Source: Piedraia hortae CBS 480.64 (taxonomy: Eukaryota). Taken from it: a stretch of DNA of 64,000 bases. The translations under genes were made by a program, and so were the position numbers. Positions 45,625 to 55,411 of the stretch are shown here, one piece after another. Every line of letters begins with the position of its first letter. Positions within the stretch are counted from its first letter, which is position 1. A model generated the notes under the pieces. It worked only from the letters and a program-made list of their open reading frames with translations. It had not been told where the DNA came from and did not search any database. The stretch is taken from assembly GCA_010093745.1 (NCBI GenBank), contig MU006007.1, positions 1 to 64,000 of the forward strand, written 5' to 3'.

Positions 45625-48380
45625 ACCAAACACCCCAGTATCAAACTCTGAACCACAAACTCATCATTAACAACCGTAACCCTCCCATCAGAAACACACA
45701 ATCCGTTCTCCCCGCGTTTCCTCTTCCCCTTCTTACCAAACACCCCCGCTGCGGCGTCCTGCACCCCTCGTCCATGAACATAAACAAAAACCCTGCTCCC
45801 CAGCGTTCTCGCCAGCTCTCCACCCTCCTTAGCCCCCTCAACATTATGCACCCCCTCCGCCCCCAACGCGCGAAGGAGAAACTCATACGTCCGCCTCTTC
45901 TCCTCCCCTCCCCTCTTCGTGCCGACCATGATAACAGTAACTCCCCTCAGCAACAAATCCCTATTCCTCAACATCTCCCCCAACGTCGCGTTAGCGACCC
46001 TACACCCGGGCAAGGTCCGCGACCTCACAGCCCCATCCAACAAAACCGACTCCCCGGCAGGCAGGAGAAACTTCTCCCACCCCACAACTCCCCTCTCACC
46101 CACACACTCTTTCACCCAACGATGCGAAAGCGTGGGTATCCCGAGCGCGAGAGCCTGCATATACTTCTCCCTCCTTGAATGTCTATCCGCCAGTAGCGCG
46201 ACGAAACCCAAATTCTCGTAGTGTGGATGTAAAGTGAAATCTGTTGGGGTGAATAACGCATCGAACCCCTCGAGGATTGTACCCCCTTCCGCCGTGATTG
46301 TACTTGTGAGGGAGGATTTGTAAGATGTGTTGCTGCCGAGGGAGATGGCGAAGGCCATGTTACTGAATAGACCAGCAGACTTGCTGGGTAGGTTTCCCGG
46401 GGAGGGAGCCCTCCGGGGCCGCGACCCGGGCGTTGGGGGGTGCGATCCACTCCCCGCTGGGGTCGTGGGTCTGCTTGCACACCCATGCGAACGCCCCTGC
46501 GGGGTGAAGGGACGGGCGGCGAAAGCCTTCCATAATGTATGCGTGAGGTAGATGTTCGTTACCAAAACTTCGGTTTCGGGGGACTTGGATTTTTTGGAGT
46601 GGGGTTTTACCCACACGGATATGTGCCCGTTAATGTCGGATAGGTTTTGAGATGGGGTGGCGTGCCGACCGAGTTTGGTGATGGTGTAGGTTTCTTTGCG
46701 CATGCCGGCGCGGTCGAGCTTTACTCTGTCGCCGACGCGGAGGGAGAGACTGCGGACTTGGTGCGCGGGGAGGGTGGTTGGGGTGGTGTCGTCGAAGATG
46801 ACTGAGTATGTGGTTGGGGTGACTGTGGAGAGGTATGTGGCGGGGTAAAAGTTGTGGTAGGTGCCTTTGAAGAGGGCGAATATGCGGTTGGTGTGGACTG
46901 GAGGGGGAGACGGTGGGGTTGAATTGGCGGTTTCTTGTGCTGTTGGGGGCGAGACAGCTCTAGGGGAGACTGTTCTAGTGGAGATTGCCTCCTCAGTGGA
47001 AACAGCCGTCGATGGTGCAGTCTCTTTTGTCGCTGTAGGAGGATGCTCCGCCGTTGTGAACGACGATGTCTCGAGAGCAGACGGAGAAGACATCCTATGA
47101 TGTCGAGAAGTCATCCTGCGTCGTTTAATCGGTCTGTCACTCACTGGCGAGCTCGTTGCATTCACGAACTCGTCATCGTCTGGACTCATGATGTCGCCTA
47201 AAATGGCAGAGATACCAGGCTGAGCATCGGCGCTGCAGAGAGGTGGAGAGGAATCAGCTGCGATCTCGGAAAAGGTCTTCACGCCCGCTGCTTTGCGTAG
47301 GTATGTGGCGCTATTTTGGCTCTGTGTGGGTTTAGATCTTGAAGCTGGAGGTGGCATTAGAGTTATCTGCGATGGAGCCTTAGCCTCGCTTTCTGGTACT
47401 TCCACGTCCGAGCTTGGTTTTTGAACATTGTTGGACTGCCCTACGCAAGGCGAACAAGGCACGAAAAAGGGTGACTGGTTGATAGGGACCACTCGTCGAA
47501 TAGGTTCAGAATCTGAAGGCTGCGTGGCGGCTATTATCCGCTCGGAGGAGTGTTCTTCTTGGGACTTATTGAATCTCTGGGGCTGACTTCTGGGAACAAC
47601 CTGAGTCAAGTCGTCGTCCTCTGCCGGGGTTTCTTCTTCTGATTCTTCGTCAAGAGTGTTAAATTCCACCCGCTCTCCTTTTCTCAATGGATTATTGAAA
47701 CCAACCTTGCCCTTGCGATTGGGAAGTGGATTTTTACCAGTGGAACTGGACTGTTTTAGGCTCCTCCATTGGGTAGGCGTGGCGATTGTTGCTCCAGGAG
47801 AAATTTGATTAAAGTGATCATCATTTCGAAGGTTAGGAGAAGGACGAGAAACGATTGGATCTGAGCGCGGATTGTCTGTGACAGGTGAAGATACGGCCTG
47901 CGTCTGGTTGAACAACTGTGTGGCTGTGAGGAGTGGCGCTCTTGATGTGATTCCAAATGCCTGGGAAAAGTGTGGAGTCTTGGCAGATGGCAGGTCTACG
48001 CTTTCGTTGCGTTTGTGAGTCGCTATCGCCGGAGTTTTTGGTTCTTTTGGCAGTTCAGCGCCGTCCTGGGAGCTGCCAAGCGATCCAATATCGCTCAAAG
48101 GTGGCGATGCCGGTGGCCATCCAGAGGTCAAGTCGACGTAGCCCGTTTCGCCTTGAGTCACAGTCGCCGGTGCCAGCTCCGTCTTGCGCATTGAACCGGA
48201 GAGTTCTCTGTAGATCTGAGTGTCCATGAGCTGGGTGTCGCCCTCTGGGTAAACGTCTTCGCGCGCCATTAGCCGTGGAATGTCTACGTTTACGACCGGC
48301 GCATCGTTCAAGAGTTGTTTCTGAACAGTTTCCAAGACATGAACTGGGACGCTTCCAATGCTATCCTGGAGAGACTCCAT
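45621..48380 (-). CDS. DNA-damage checkpoint mediator Rad9/Crb2-like (Tudor-like plus tandem BRCT)
   Basis: Many SQ/TQ sites (GDTQLMDTQ, TQLFNQTQ), Tudor-like NRIFALFKG...FYPATYL, and BRCT ADRHSRREKYMQALALGIPTLSHRWV. Confidence 0.85.
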   Translation of the reverse strand: MESLQDSIGSVPVHVLETVQKQLLNDAPVVNVDIPRLMAREDVYPEGDTQLMDTQIYRELSGSMRKTELAPATVTQGETGYVDLTSGWPPASPPLSDIGSLGSSQDGAELPKEPKTPAIATHKRNESVDLPSAKTPHFSQAFGITSRAPLLTATQLFNQTQAVSSPVTDNPRSDPIVSRPSPNLRNDDHFNQISPGATIATPTQWRSLKQSSSTGKNPLPNRKGKVGFNNPLRKGERVEFNTLDEESEEETPAEDDDLTQVVPRSQPQRFNKSQEEHSSERIIAATQPSDSEPIRRVVPINQSPFFVPCSPCVGQSNNVQKPSSDVEVPESEAKAPSQITLMPPPASRSKPTQSQNSATYLRKAAGVKTFSEIAADSSPPLCSADAQPGISAILGDIMSPDDDEFVNATSSPVSDRPIKRRRMTSRHHRMSSPSALETSSFTTAEHPPTATKETAPSTAVSTEEAISTRTVSPRAVSPPTAQETANSTPPSPPPVHTNRIFALFKGTYHNFYPATYLSTVTPTTYSVIFDDTTPTTLPAHQVRSLSLRVGDRVKLDRAGMRKETYTITKLGRHATPSQNLSDINGHISVWVKPHSKKSKSPETEVLVTNIYLTHTLWKAFAARPFTPQGRSHGCASRPTTPAGSGSHPPTPGSRPRRAPSPGNLPSKSAGLFSNMAFAISLGSNTSYKSSLTSTITAEGGTILEGFDALFTPTDFTLHPHYENLGFVALLADRHSRREKYMQALALGIPTLSHRWVKECVGERGVVGWEKFLLPAGESVLLDGAVRSRTLPGCRVANATLGEMLRNRDLLLRGVTVIMVGTKRGGEEKRRTYEFLLRALGAEGVHNVEGAKEGGELARTLGSRVFVYVHGRGVQDAAAGVFGKKGKRKRGENGLCVSDGRVTVVNDEFVVQSLILGCLV

Positions 48381-48680
48381 CTGTCCCGTCCTGCCGCGTC
48401 GCTGTGACGCGTTTGGGACGGGATCTTCCGTGACACTTGACAGCCGTTTTGGGAAGTTTGCGCGGAGAAGATGCAGAAGGTAACAATTACATCGCTTTGA
48501 ACGTCGCAAAAATCACCGACAAACAAAGGAGCCTCGAATCCACCGATATCTCCGGTCTGAAATTCTCTCTTGACCGTTGTTGCTTGCCGTGGCTTGCAAC
48601 AGTTTGCGCTAACGGCTCGGCCCGCACCGATCAGACGACAGGCGAATCAACGTTTGGTTGGCAAAAGTTCATTGACCAAA

Positions 48681-50378
48681 ATGTATACCCTCCGCCAGAT
48701 TCAACACATCAAGACGCCAAGACCAGTTCAAATATTGACTCGCTTCCAACCAATATCCTTTTCCATCATCAATCAAATGCGAACTCAACATGACGAAGCA
48801 ACCCAAGGCAAAGCTACTACATCAGCAAACAGCGGCGACCAATCCAGACCCCAGCACCAAATCAAATACACCTCTGATGCCTATCCTAACCTTAAACGAA
48901 ACCCCAACTTCAAAAGGGTCGATGAGGAAGACATAAAATTCTTCAAACCCCTCCTAGGGGAAGCCATTATAGACGGCATATCTCACGATGTCTCATCCGA
49001 CCTCCAACCCTACAACACAGACTGGATGAAAAAGTACCGGGGCCATACCCGTCTCGTTCTCAAGCCAGACAACGTAACCCAAGTCTCTGAAATCTTAAAA
49101 TACTGCAACTCCAAAAAGCTAGCTGTGGTCCCTCAGGGCGGCAACACGGGCCTTGTCGGGGGCAGCGTTCCCGTCTACGACGAGATCGTAATCAACCTAG
49201 CTCGGATGAACAAGATCCGGTCTTTTGACGATGTCTCCGGCGTCTTGGTTGCTGATGCGGGTGTCGTCCTGCAGCAAGCAGACGAGCATGTAGCGTCGCA
49301 TAAACACATTTTCCCGCTCGACCTTGGAGCGAAAGGCAGCTGTCAGATTGGCGGCAACGTGGCTACGAATGCGGGTGGGCTGCGCTTGTTGCGTTACGGG
49401 AGTATGCATGGGAATATCCTGGGTTTGGAGGTTGTGCTCCCGGATGGGACTGTTTTGGATGATCTGGGGACGTTGCGGAAGAATAATACCGGGTATGATC
49501 TAAAGCAACTGTTCATTGGTGCTGAGGGGACGATTGGGATCATCACTGGTGTGTCGATTCTGTGTAACCAACGCCCAAAGGCGGTTAATGTGGCGTATTT
49601 CGGCCTCGAGTCATATGAAAAGGTCCAGGAGGCGTATAAAGAGGCAAAGGGACAACTATCGGAGATTTTGTCCGCGTTTGAGTTGATGGATGGGGCGTCA
49701 CAGTGGCTTTACAGAAGGGCTGCTGGAAAAGAGCCCCTACTTGGCGGTGATTATCCGTTTTACTGTCTTGTGGAAACGTCTGGTTCGAACTCGGAACATG
49801 ATACGGAGAAGTTGGATAAGTTTTTGGAATATGTCATGGGAAAAGAGATTGTGTGTGACGGTATTGTTGCTCAGGATGAGTCTCAATCTCAGGCTATATG
49901 GGGTTACAGGGAGGGTGTGTCGGAAGCTTCGCAGCATTGGGGTGGGGTGTATAAGTACGACCTTTCGATCCCTCTGGCGAAGCTTTACGATATCGTTGCG
50001 GAGACGAGGCAAAGGTTCAACGACAATGGACTCATGGGGAAGGGGAAGCCGGTCGTGGATGTTATTGGGTACGGACATATGGGGGACAGTAACCTTCATT
50101 TGAACGTCTGCACGAGGGGGTACAGCAAGAATGTTGAAGAAGTGCTGGAGCCGTGGGTGTACGAATGGGTCTCAAAGCACAATGGGTCAATATCGGCTGA
50201 ACATGGACTGGGCCTCGCGAAGAAGCCGTATATCAGATACAGTCGGTCGGAGACGATGATGAAGCTAATGAAGCAGTTGAAGGATCTATACGACCCGGTG
50301 AGTCATGCAGCAGTCTGCTATCTGGAAGATGGCTAACGATAGCAGAACGGAATCATGAACCCGTACAAGTACATCTAG
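48681..50378 (+). CDS. DLD2: FAD-linked D-2-hydroxyglutarate/D-lactate dehydrogenase, mitochondrial; intron 50298-50345
   Basis: PQGGNTGLVGGSVP, PLDLGAKGSCQIGGNVATNAGG, GHMGDSNLHLN, SAEHGLG and YDP|NGIMNPYKYI. Confidence 0.93.
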
Positions 50379-50486
50379 ACGAATACATCCAGATGGTGGC
50401 TGTGGCTGACCGTTATCTTATCGCTGACGGCCCGCTTTAGCGCAACTTCCCCGCCTTCATCGCCAGGATTTTTTGATCCCGGCCGC

Positions 50487-52047
50487 ATGTCGCGCATGTC
50501 GCACGATGAGGAGAAGCAGACGATTGACGTCTACCAAGGCGTGTATGTGCACCAGGATAATGGAATTCTGTCAAAACTTCGACGATGGGAAGCCACGCTG
50601 GACCGCAGGCTCGGCGTCGAGAGCGAGGCGATTGATCGAAAACTCCCTGACCAGCGACAGCCGCCTACCTGGCGCGGCGAGCTTTCCATGTGTCTGCTCT
50701 GGGCGAGCGGGACGATGAACCTGTCGTGTGTCGCGACCGGATTTCTGGGATGGGAGTTTGGTCTTTCACTTAAACAGTCGTTGCTCATATCAATCTTTGC
50801 TTCTCTTTTAGGCGCATCGGTGTCTGCCTTTACCGCCACCTTGGGTGCTGCCACGGGCCTGCGTCAGATTTCAATCGGTCGTTACAGCATGGGATGGTAT
50901 CCAAATAAGATCATTGCTGGTCTGAATATTATCCAACAAATGGGTTGGTCTGCTGTTGGGTGTATCACTGGAGGTGTTGCTCTCGTTGCGGCATCAGATG
51001 GAACCATCCCGACCGAAGTGGGCATGGTCATCATTGGACTTTGCTCTCTATTGATCAGCTTCCTGGGGTTGAAGGTCATTCTGGCATATGAGCGTTATGC
51101 CTGGTCAGTCAACTGAAATTGTCTGAAGATCACTCTGACAAAACAGGTTCATCTATCTCGTCATATTCCTCATCATCATGTGTGAGACGGGGAAGTATAC
51201 AGACAACAAGACTCCCGCAAAAGGCAGCTCATTAAGCATCAGCGGAGCGGCCCTATCACTGATTGCCGTCGTCTACGGCTCTTCCGCATCATGGTGCACC
51301 GTAGCCGGTGACTATTACGTCCTCTACCCAGTAAACACATCACGCCTCAAAATCTTCCTCCTCACAGCCACCGGAATCGGCATCCCAACCGGTCTTGGCA
51401 TGTCCACCGGCTGTGTCGTAGCATACGCCCTGAACAACCGGCCCGACTGGGCCGAGACATATAATAACAAAGGCATCGGCTTTCTCCTCCAACAAGCCCT
51501 CTATCCCTATGGCTTTGCAAAGTTCCTCCTCATAATGCTCGTCCTCTCCGGAATCAACTGCAACGTCATAAACACCTACTCCGCAGCAATCAGCTGCCAA
51601 CAAATCGCACGTCCGTGCGCTCGAATTCCCCGATTCATCTGGACACCAATCTGCTTCTGCATCATCATTGCACTGTCACTAGCAGGCAGAAACGAACTCC
51701 TAACCTATCTCGAAAACTTCCTCTCTCTACTCGGCTACTGGGCGACATCGTATTTTGTCATTGTGTTCTCAGAGCACTTTATCTTCCGAAAGGGGAAGAT
51801 GGAGAATTACAATCTCCAGGGTTGGAACGAACCGGTTAAGCTGCCAATTGGGCTGGCCGCGTTAACGGCATTTTTGCTGGGGGTTGTGATGTGGTGCATG
51901 GGCATGGTACAGACGTGGTTCGCAGGACCGATTGGGAAGATGATTGGGGAAAGTGGTGGTGACGTGGCGAATGAGCTGACGTTTATTGTTACCGTTTTGG
52001 CGTACATTCCGCTACGGTATGTAGAGTTGAAGACGTTTGGGCGGTAG
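50487..52047 (+). CDS. Purine-cytosine permease family (Fcy2-type NCS1) transporter; intron 51104-51146
   Basis: Multi-pass membrane protein with GAATGLRQ, YERYAW, AGDYYV, LENFLSLLGYW and C-terminal LRYVELKTFGR. Confidence 0.9.
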
Positions 52048-52236
52048 TCTGGCGGTAGTCTTGCTATGGTCATGTGATTGAAAATTGTTTATCTTGAAAG
52101 TGAATTTGACCCACTGCAGACATCACAAACCACTACAATTTGACCGCAGAACAATCACCTCACATAGATCATTCACATCACAATTTACCCACATCATCCA
52201 AGTCACCACATCACAACCCCTCCACTGTCTCGCACC

Positions 52237-54036
52237 ATGTCCCAAAAAATCACAGAAAAAATCTCCTCCCTCCCCCCAAATACCCCATGGACCTCCCTCG
52301 AATTCTTTCCCCCAAAAACCGCCGAAGGCATGTCCAACCTCCGCGCGCGTCTGATCAGGATGAACAAGACCTTACACCCCCTCTTCGTGAACATAACCTG
52401 GGGCGCGGGGGGGAGTACATGTGATAAATCCCTCGAATTAGCGGAGTTTACGCAGAGAGAATTGGGGATTACGACGTGTTTGCATTTGACGTGTACGAAT
52501 TTGAGTAGGGATGTGATTGATCGGGTCCTCTCCCGCGCTAAAGAAATTGGGGTGAAAAATATTTTGGCATTAAGAGGTGATCCACCGAGAGATGAACACC
52601 CGACTACCGGGGAGGGTGGAATTCTTAGCGAAGCAGCCCACCCTGGGCATAGCGAAGCAATCCACACTGGTGATTCCAAATTCAACAATCCCTCCTCCCC
52701 GCGCCCTAAAGGAACCCTCCCCTCTCCGCCCAAGCAAAAATTCAACCACGCAATCGACCTCGTCACCCACATCCGCCTCCACTACGGGGGGTACTTCTGC
52801 ATCGGCGTAGCAGGCTATCCGGAGGGCCACAGCGACCACACCCACCCCCTTACCCAATCCGTCTCTCACGACCTTCCCTTCCTCGAATCCAAACTCCACG
52901 CGGGCGCGGATTTTATAATGACGCAGCTGTTTTACGATGTGGATGCATACACATGCTTCCAGAACCTCGTTCGGGGGAGGTTTCCGGATGTGGTGATCAT
53001 CCCGGGATTAATGCCGGTGCAGAGTTATCAGATTTTTGCGCGGACGACGAAACTTTCGCATGTAAAGGCGCCGGGGTGGGTGACTGATGCCCTTGGGGAG
53101 GCGAAGGGAGATGATGAACGGGTTAAAACTGTCGGTGTGGAGATTCTGACAAAGATTGTAGGGACGCTCCGCGGTAATGGGGTAAGGGGATTTCATTTCT
53201 ATACGTTGAATTTGGAGAAGGTCGTTACGCAGTTACTCCAGCAGGCGGAATTGATCACCGAGAGGGACGAGGGTAGGATCGCTTCGCGGGAGGCGACGTG
53301 GGACGATTTCCCTAACGGACGGTGGGGAGATGTGCGCTCGCCCGCATATGGAGAAATTGATGGTTACGGAGCGAGTTTACATGCTGATTTTCCGACGGCG
53401 TTGAGGCTCTGGGGTAGGCCGGCTTCGCCTGCTGATGTTTCGGAGGTTTTTGAACGTTACTTGAATGGGGTGATTGAGAGTATGCCATGGTCGGAAGAGC
53501 CGCTGCAGACTGAGACGGTTATGATTAGGGGGGTGTTGTTGAAGATGGTGGAGAAGGGGTGGTGGACTGTTGCTTCGCAACCGCATGTTGTGGGGGTGGA
53601 GAGTGAGGATGCGGTTTTAGGGTGGGGGCCGAAGGGTGGGAAGGTGCATCAGAAGGCTTTTGTGGAGTTTTTTCTCCCGCCGAACGATTGGAGGAGGTTG
53701 GAGGGTGTGCTGAAGAGGGAGAGGGGCCTGACGTTTTTCGCGGGGAATAAGGCTGGGAGGTTGGTTTGTTCGGATGGGGAGGAGGTTAATATTGTTACTT
53801 GGGGGGATTTCCCGCACAGAGGAAGGCTAACGCCGACGATGATTGACAAGGTTAGTTTCAAGAGTTGGTGTGAGGAGGCGTTTGATATTTGGGGGGAGTG
53901 GAAAAGGGTTTTTATGAGAGGGTCGGAGAGTGCGAGGTTGATGGATAAGATAAGGGAAGAGTATTGGCTCGTTAATGTGATTATGGATGATGTGGAGAGG
54001 GGGGATGAGTTGTGGGAGATGTTGTTGAAGGTATGA
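52237..54036 (+). CDS. MET12: Methylenetetrahydrofolate reductase, Met12-like paralogue
   Basis: SLEFFPPKT, TWGAGG, HLTCTN, ALRGDPP, AGYPEGH, HFYTLNLE and ATWDDFPNGRWGDVRSPAYGEIDGYG, which is closer to Met12 than to Met13 from memory. Confidence 0.9.
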   Translation: MSQKITEKISSLPPNTPWTSLEFFPPKTAEGMSNLRARLIRMNKTLHPLFVNITWGAGGSTCDKSLELAEFTQRELGITTCLHLTCTNLSRDVIDRVLSRAKEIGVKNILALRGDPPRDEHPTTGEGGILSEAAHPGHSEAIHTGDSKFNNPSSPRPKGTLPSPPKQKFNHAIDLVTHIRLHYGGYFCIGVAGYPEGHSDHTHPLTQSVSHDLPFLESKLHAGADFIMTQLFYDVDAYTCFQNLVRGRFPDVVIIPGLMPVQSYQIFARTTKLSHVKAPGWVTDALGEAKGDDERVKTVGVEILTKIVGTLRGNGVRGFHFYTLNLEKVVTQLLQQAELITERDEGRIASREATWDDFPNGRWGDVRSPAYGEIDGYGASLHADFPTALRLWGRPASPADVSEVFERYLNGVIESMPWSEEPLQTETVMIRGVLLKMVEKGWWTVASQPHVVGVESEDAVLGWGPKGGKVHQKAFVEFFLPPNDWRRLEGVLKRERGLTFFAGNKAGRLVCSDGEEVNIVTWGDFPHRGRLTPTMIDKVSFKSWCEEAFDIWGEWKRVFMRGSESARLMDKIREEYWLVNVIMDDVERGDELWEMLLKV

Positions 54037-55166
54037 TCAGAGAATTAGTTCGGCGGAGTCGCTGTCGCTGTCTGCGATTGTGGATGTGAAGAATCTGGAC
54101 GTTCTGGCTGTGCTGGCGCGTTGGGGTTCAACGATACCGTTTTCGGTGGGTTGCTTGATTGTGTCCGTGGCTTTTCTACTCTTCTTCGGCTCATCCGTGA
54201 TTTTTTTGGACTCATCTGCGGCTTTCTTATCCTTTTTGGTCGTCTTGACCTTCTTGGGCGCCTCCTCATCACTCATATCATTCAGAACGTCATCATCATC
54301 ACTTTCATCTCGTTTTAAGCCGGCCAGCAAAGCATCTCGCTTCTCCTTCCCATACGTTCTTAACCGCAACTCCTTCACCAGGTCAAGCCACAACAGTTCC
54401 TTCTGGCAGCTGGGACACTTTCCACCAATTGGTACTATCGCATCTGTTCCAGCCAGGAACGAAGCTGCCAGACATTGAACATGCAACATCGCATCACATC
54501 CTTCTCCAGGACAGATCAATGTCATGTTCCCACTTGGAGGCAGTCCCTTGTTGCATATTGCACAATTAAGCCACTCGGCGTCCTCAAATCGGGCCAGGTT
54601 CTTCTGGACAAGCCCGCCCATGTCCGCAAAAGTCACATCTACTTCCTGGATTGAGCTCTCACTTAGACTGACAACAACATGATGTGCAAGTGGCTGCAAT
54701 TTTGCAGTACACTTGACCCATGAGTGGTGAACGTCAGGGGTGTAGAAAGTAACCCTCAACGGCCATCGACTAAAAGTAAGAGATTGCAACAGCAGATGAA
54801 GATGTGTAAGCTTATCAACCAACCGACGACGCAACTTGGCAGGACGGAGATGTGGCGGGATATGGCGGGTGAGATGGGGCTTTTGCCATGCCCATCTTGG
54901 AGAATTAGAAGGAATGGTGTGGATACTGAAACTGCTTACTCAAATTGCAAAGCGGCTATCTTTGAGGGAAACCCAGAAACCAAACACGTCATCTCCCATG
55001 GACGCAGATTAGGACGACCTGTCCGTACAGCTCCTCCTTTAGCAAGGCCGTTGTGCTGGTTCAAACGACGCTTTGGATTTGGAGTAGACCCGACATAGAG
55101 GGAGGCATGATGTACAGTTGAACGTAGCAGATAGCAGGCGTAATATGCCGGGATTGGAATGTCCAT
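54037..55166 (-). CDS. SLX1: Structure-specific endonuclease Slx1 (GIY-YIG plus RING-like); intron 54896-54939
   Basis: YACYLLRS...[17 protein letters not shown]...GGA...RPWEM...ALQFE|WAWQ, followed by a CAIC...CPGEGC...HVQCLA...CPSC zinc finger. Confidence 0.95.
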
Positions 55167-55411
55167 CCTACACCTGGGCAATGTCTGGACCAGATGGATG
55201 GTCAAGTGAAGTGGTCGGCAGTCCCCCACCGGGAGCTGCCGAATCGTGCACTAAGCCCGATATGGCTAGCGTGAAGCGCGGCATCGCGAATCCCACCATG
55301 AGGTCGCGACACCCACCGACTTTTATCAAAACGCATATATTGACATGACAAGGCACCCCTCGTTTATGATCATCGGTAATTTGTCTACGACTTCACTGTG
55401 GCATTAACACC

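Noticed and set aside
45309..46178. 289-aa Pro/His-rich + strand ORF (and similar ORFs at 4429-4970)
   Set aside because: Shadow frames over real genes, kept open by the C-rich skew blocks.
48407..48412. MCB element ACGCGT upstream of the Rad9-like gene
   Set aside because: A single hexamer that is frequent in this GC-rich window and very close to the ATG; not enough support.
48570..48680. TTG-started extension of Dld2
   Set aside because: ATG 48681 already provides a presequence-like N-terminus, and the extension falls in the short divergent promoter shared with the Rad9-like gene.
35047..54036. Secondary-metabolite cluster
   Set aside because: No PKS, NRPS or terpene synthase backbone; the enzymes are primary-metabolic and interleaved with housekeeping genes.
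54037..55166. GIY-YIG homing endonuclease
   Set aside because: The motif context and C-terminal RING-like finger identify the cellular nuclease Slx1.
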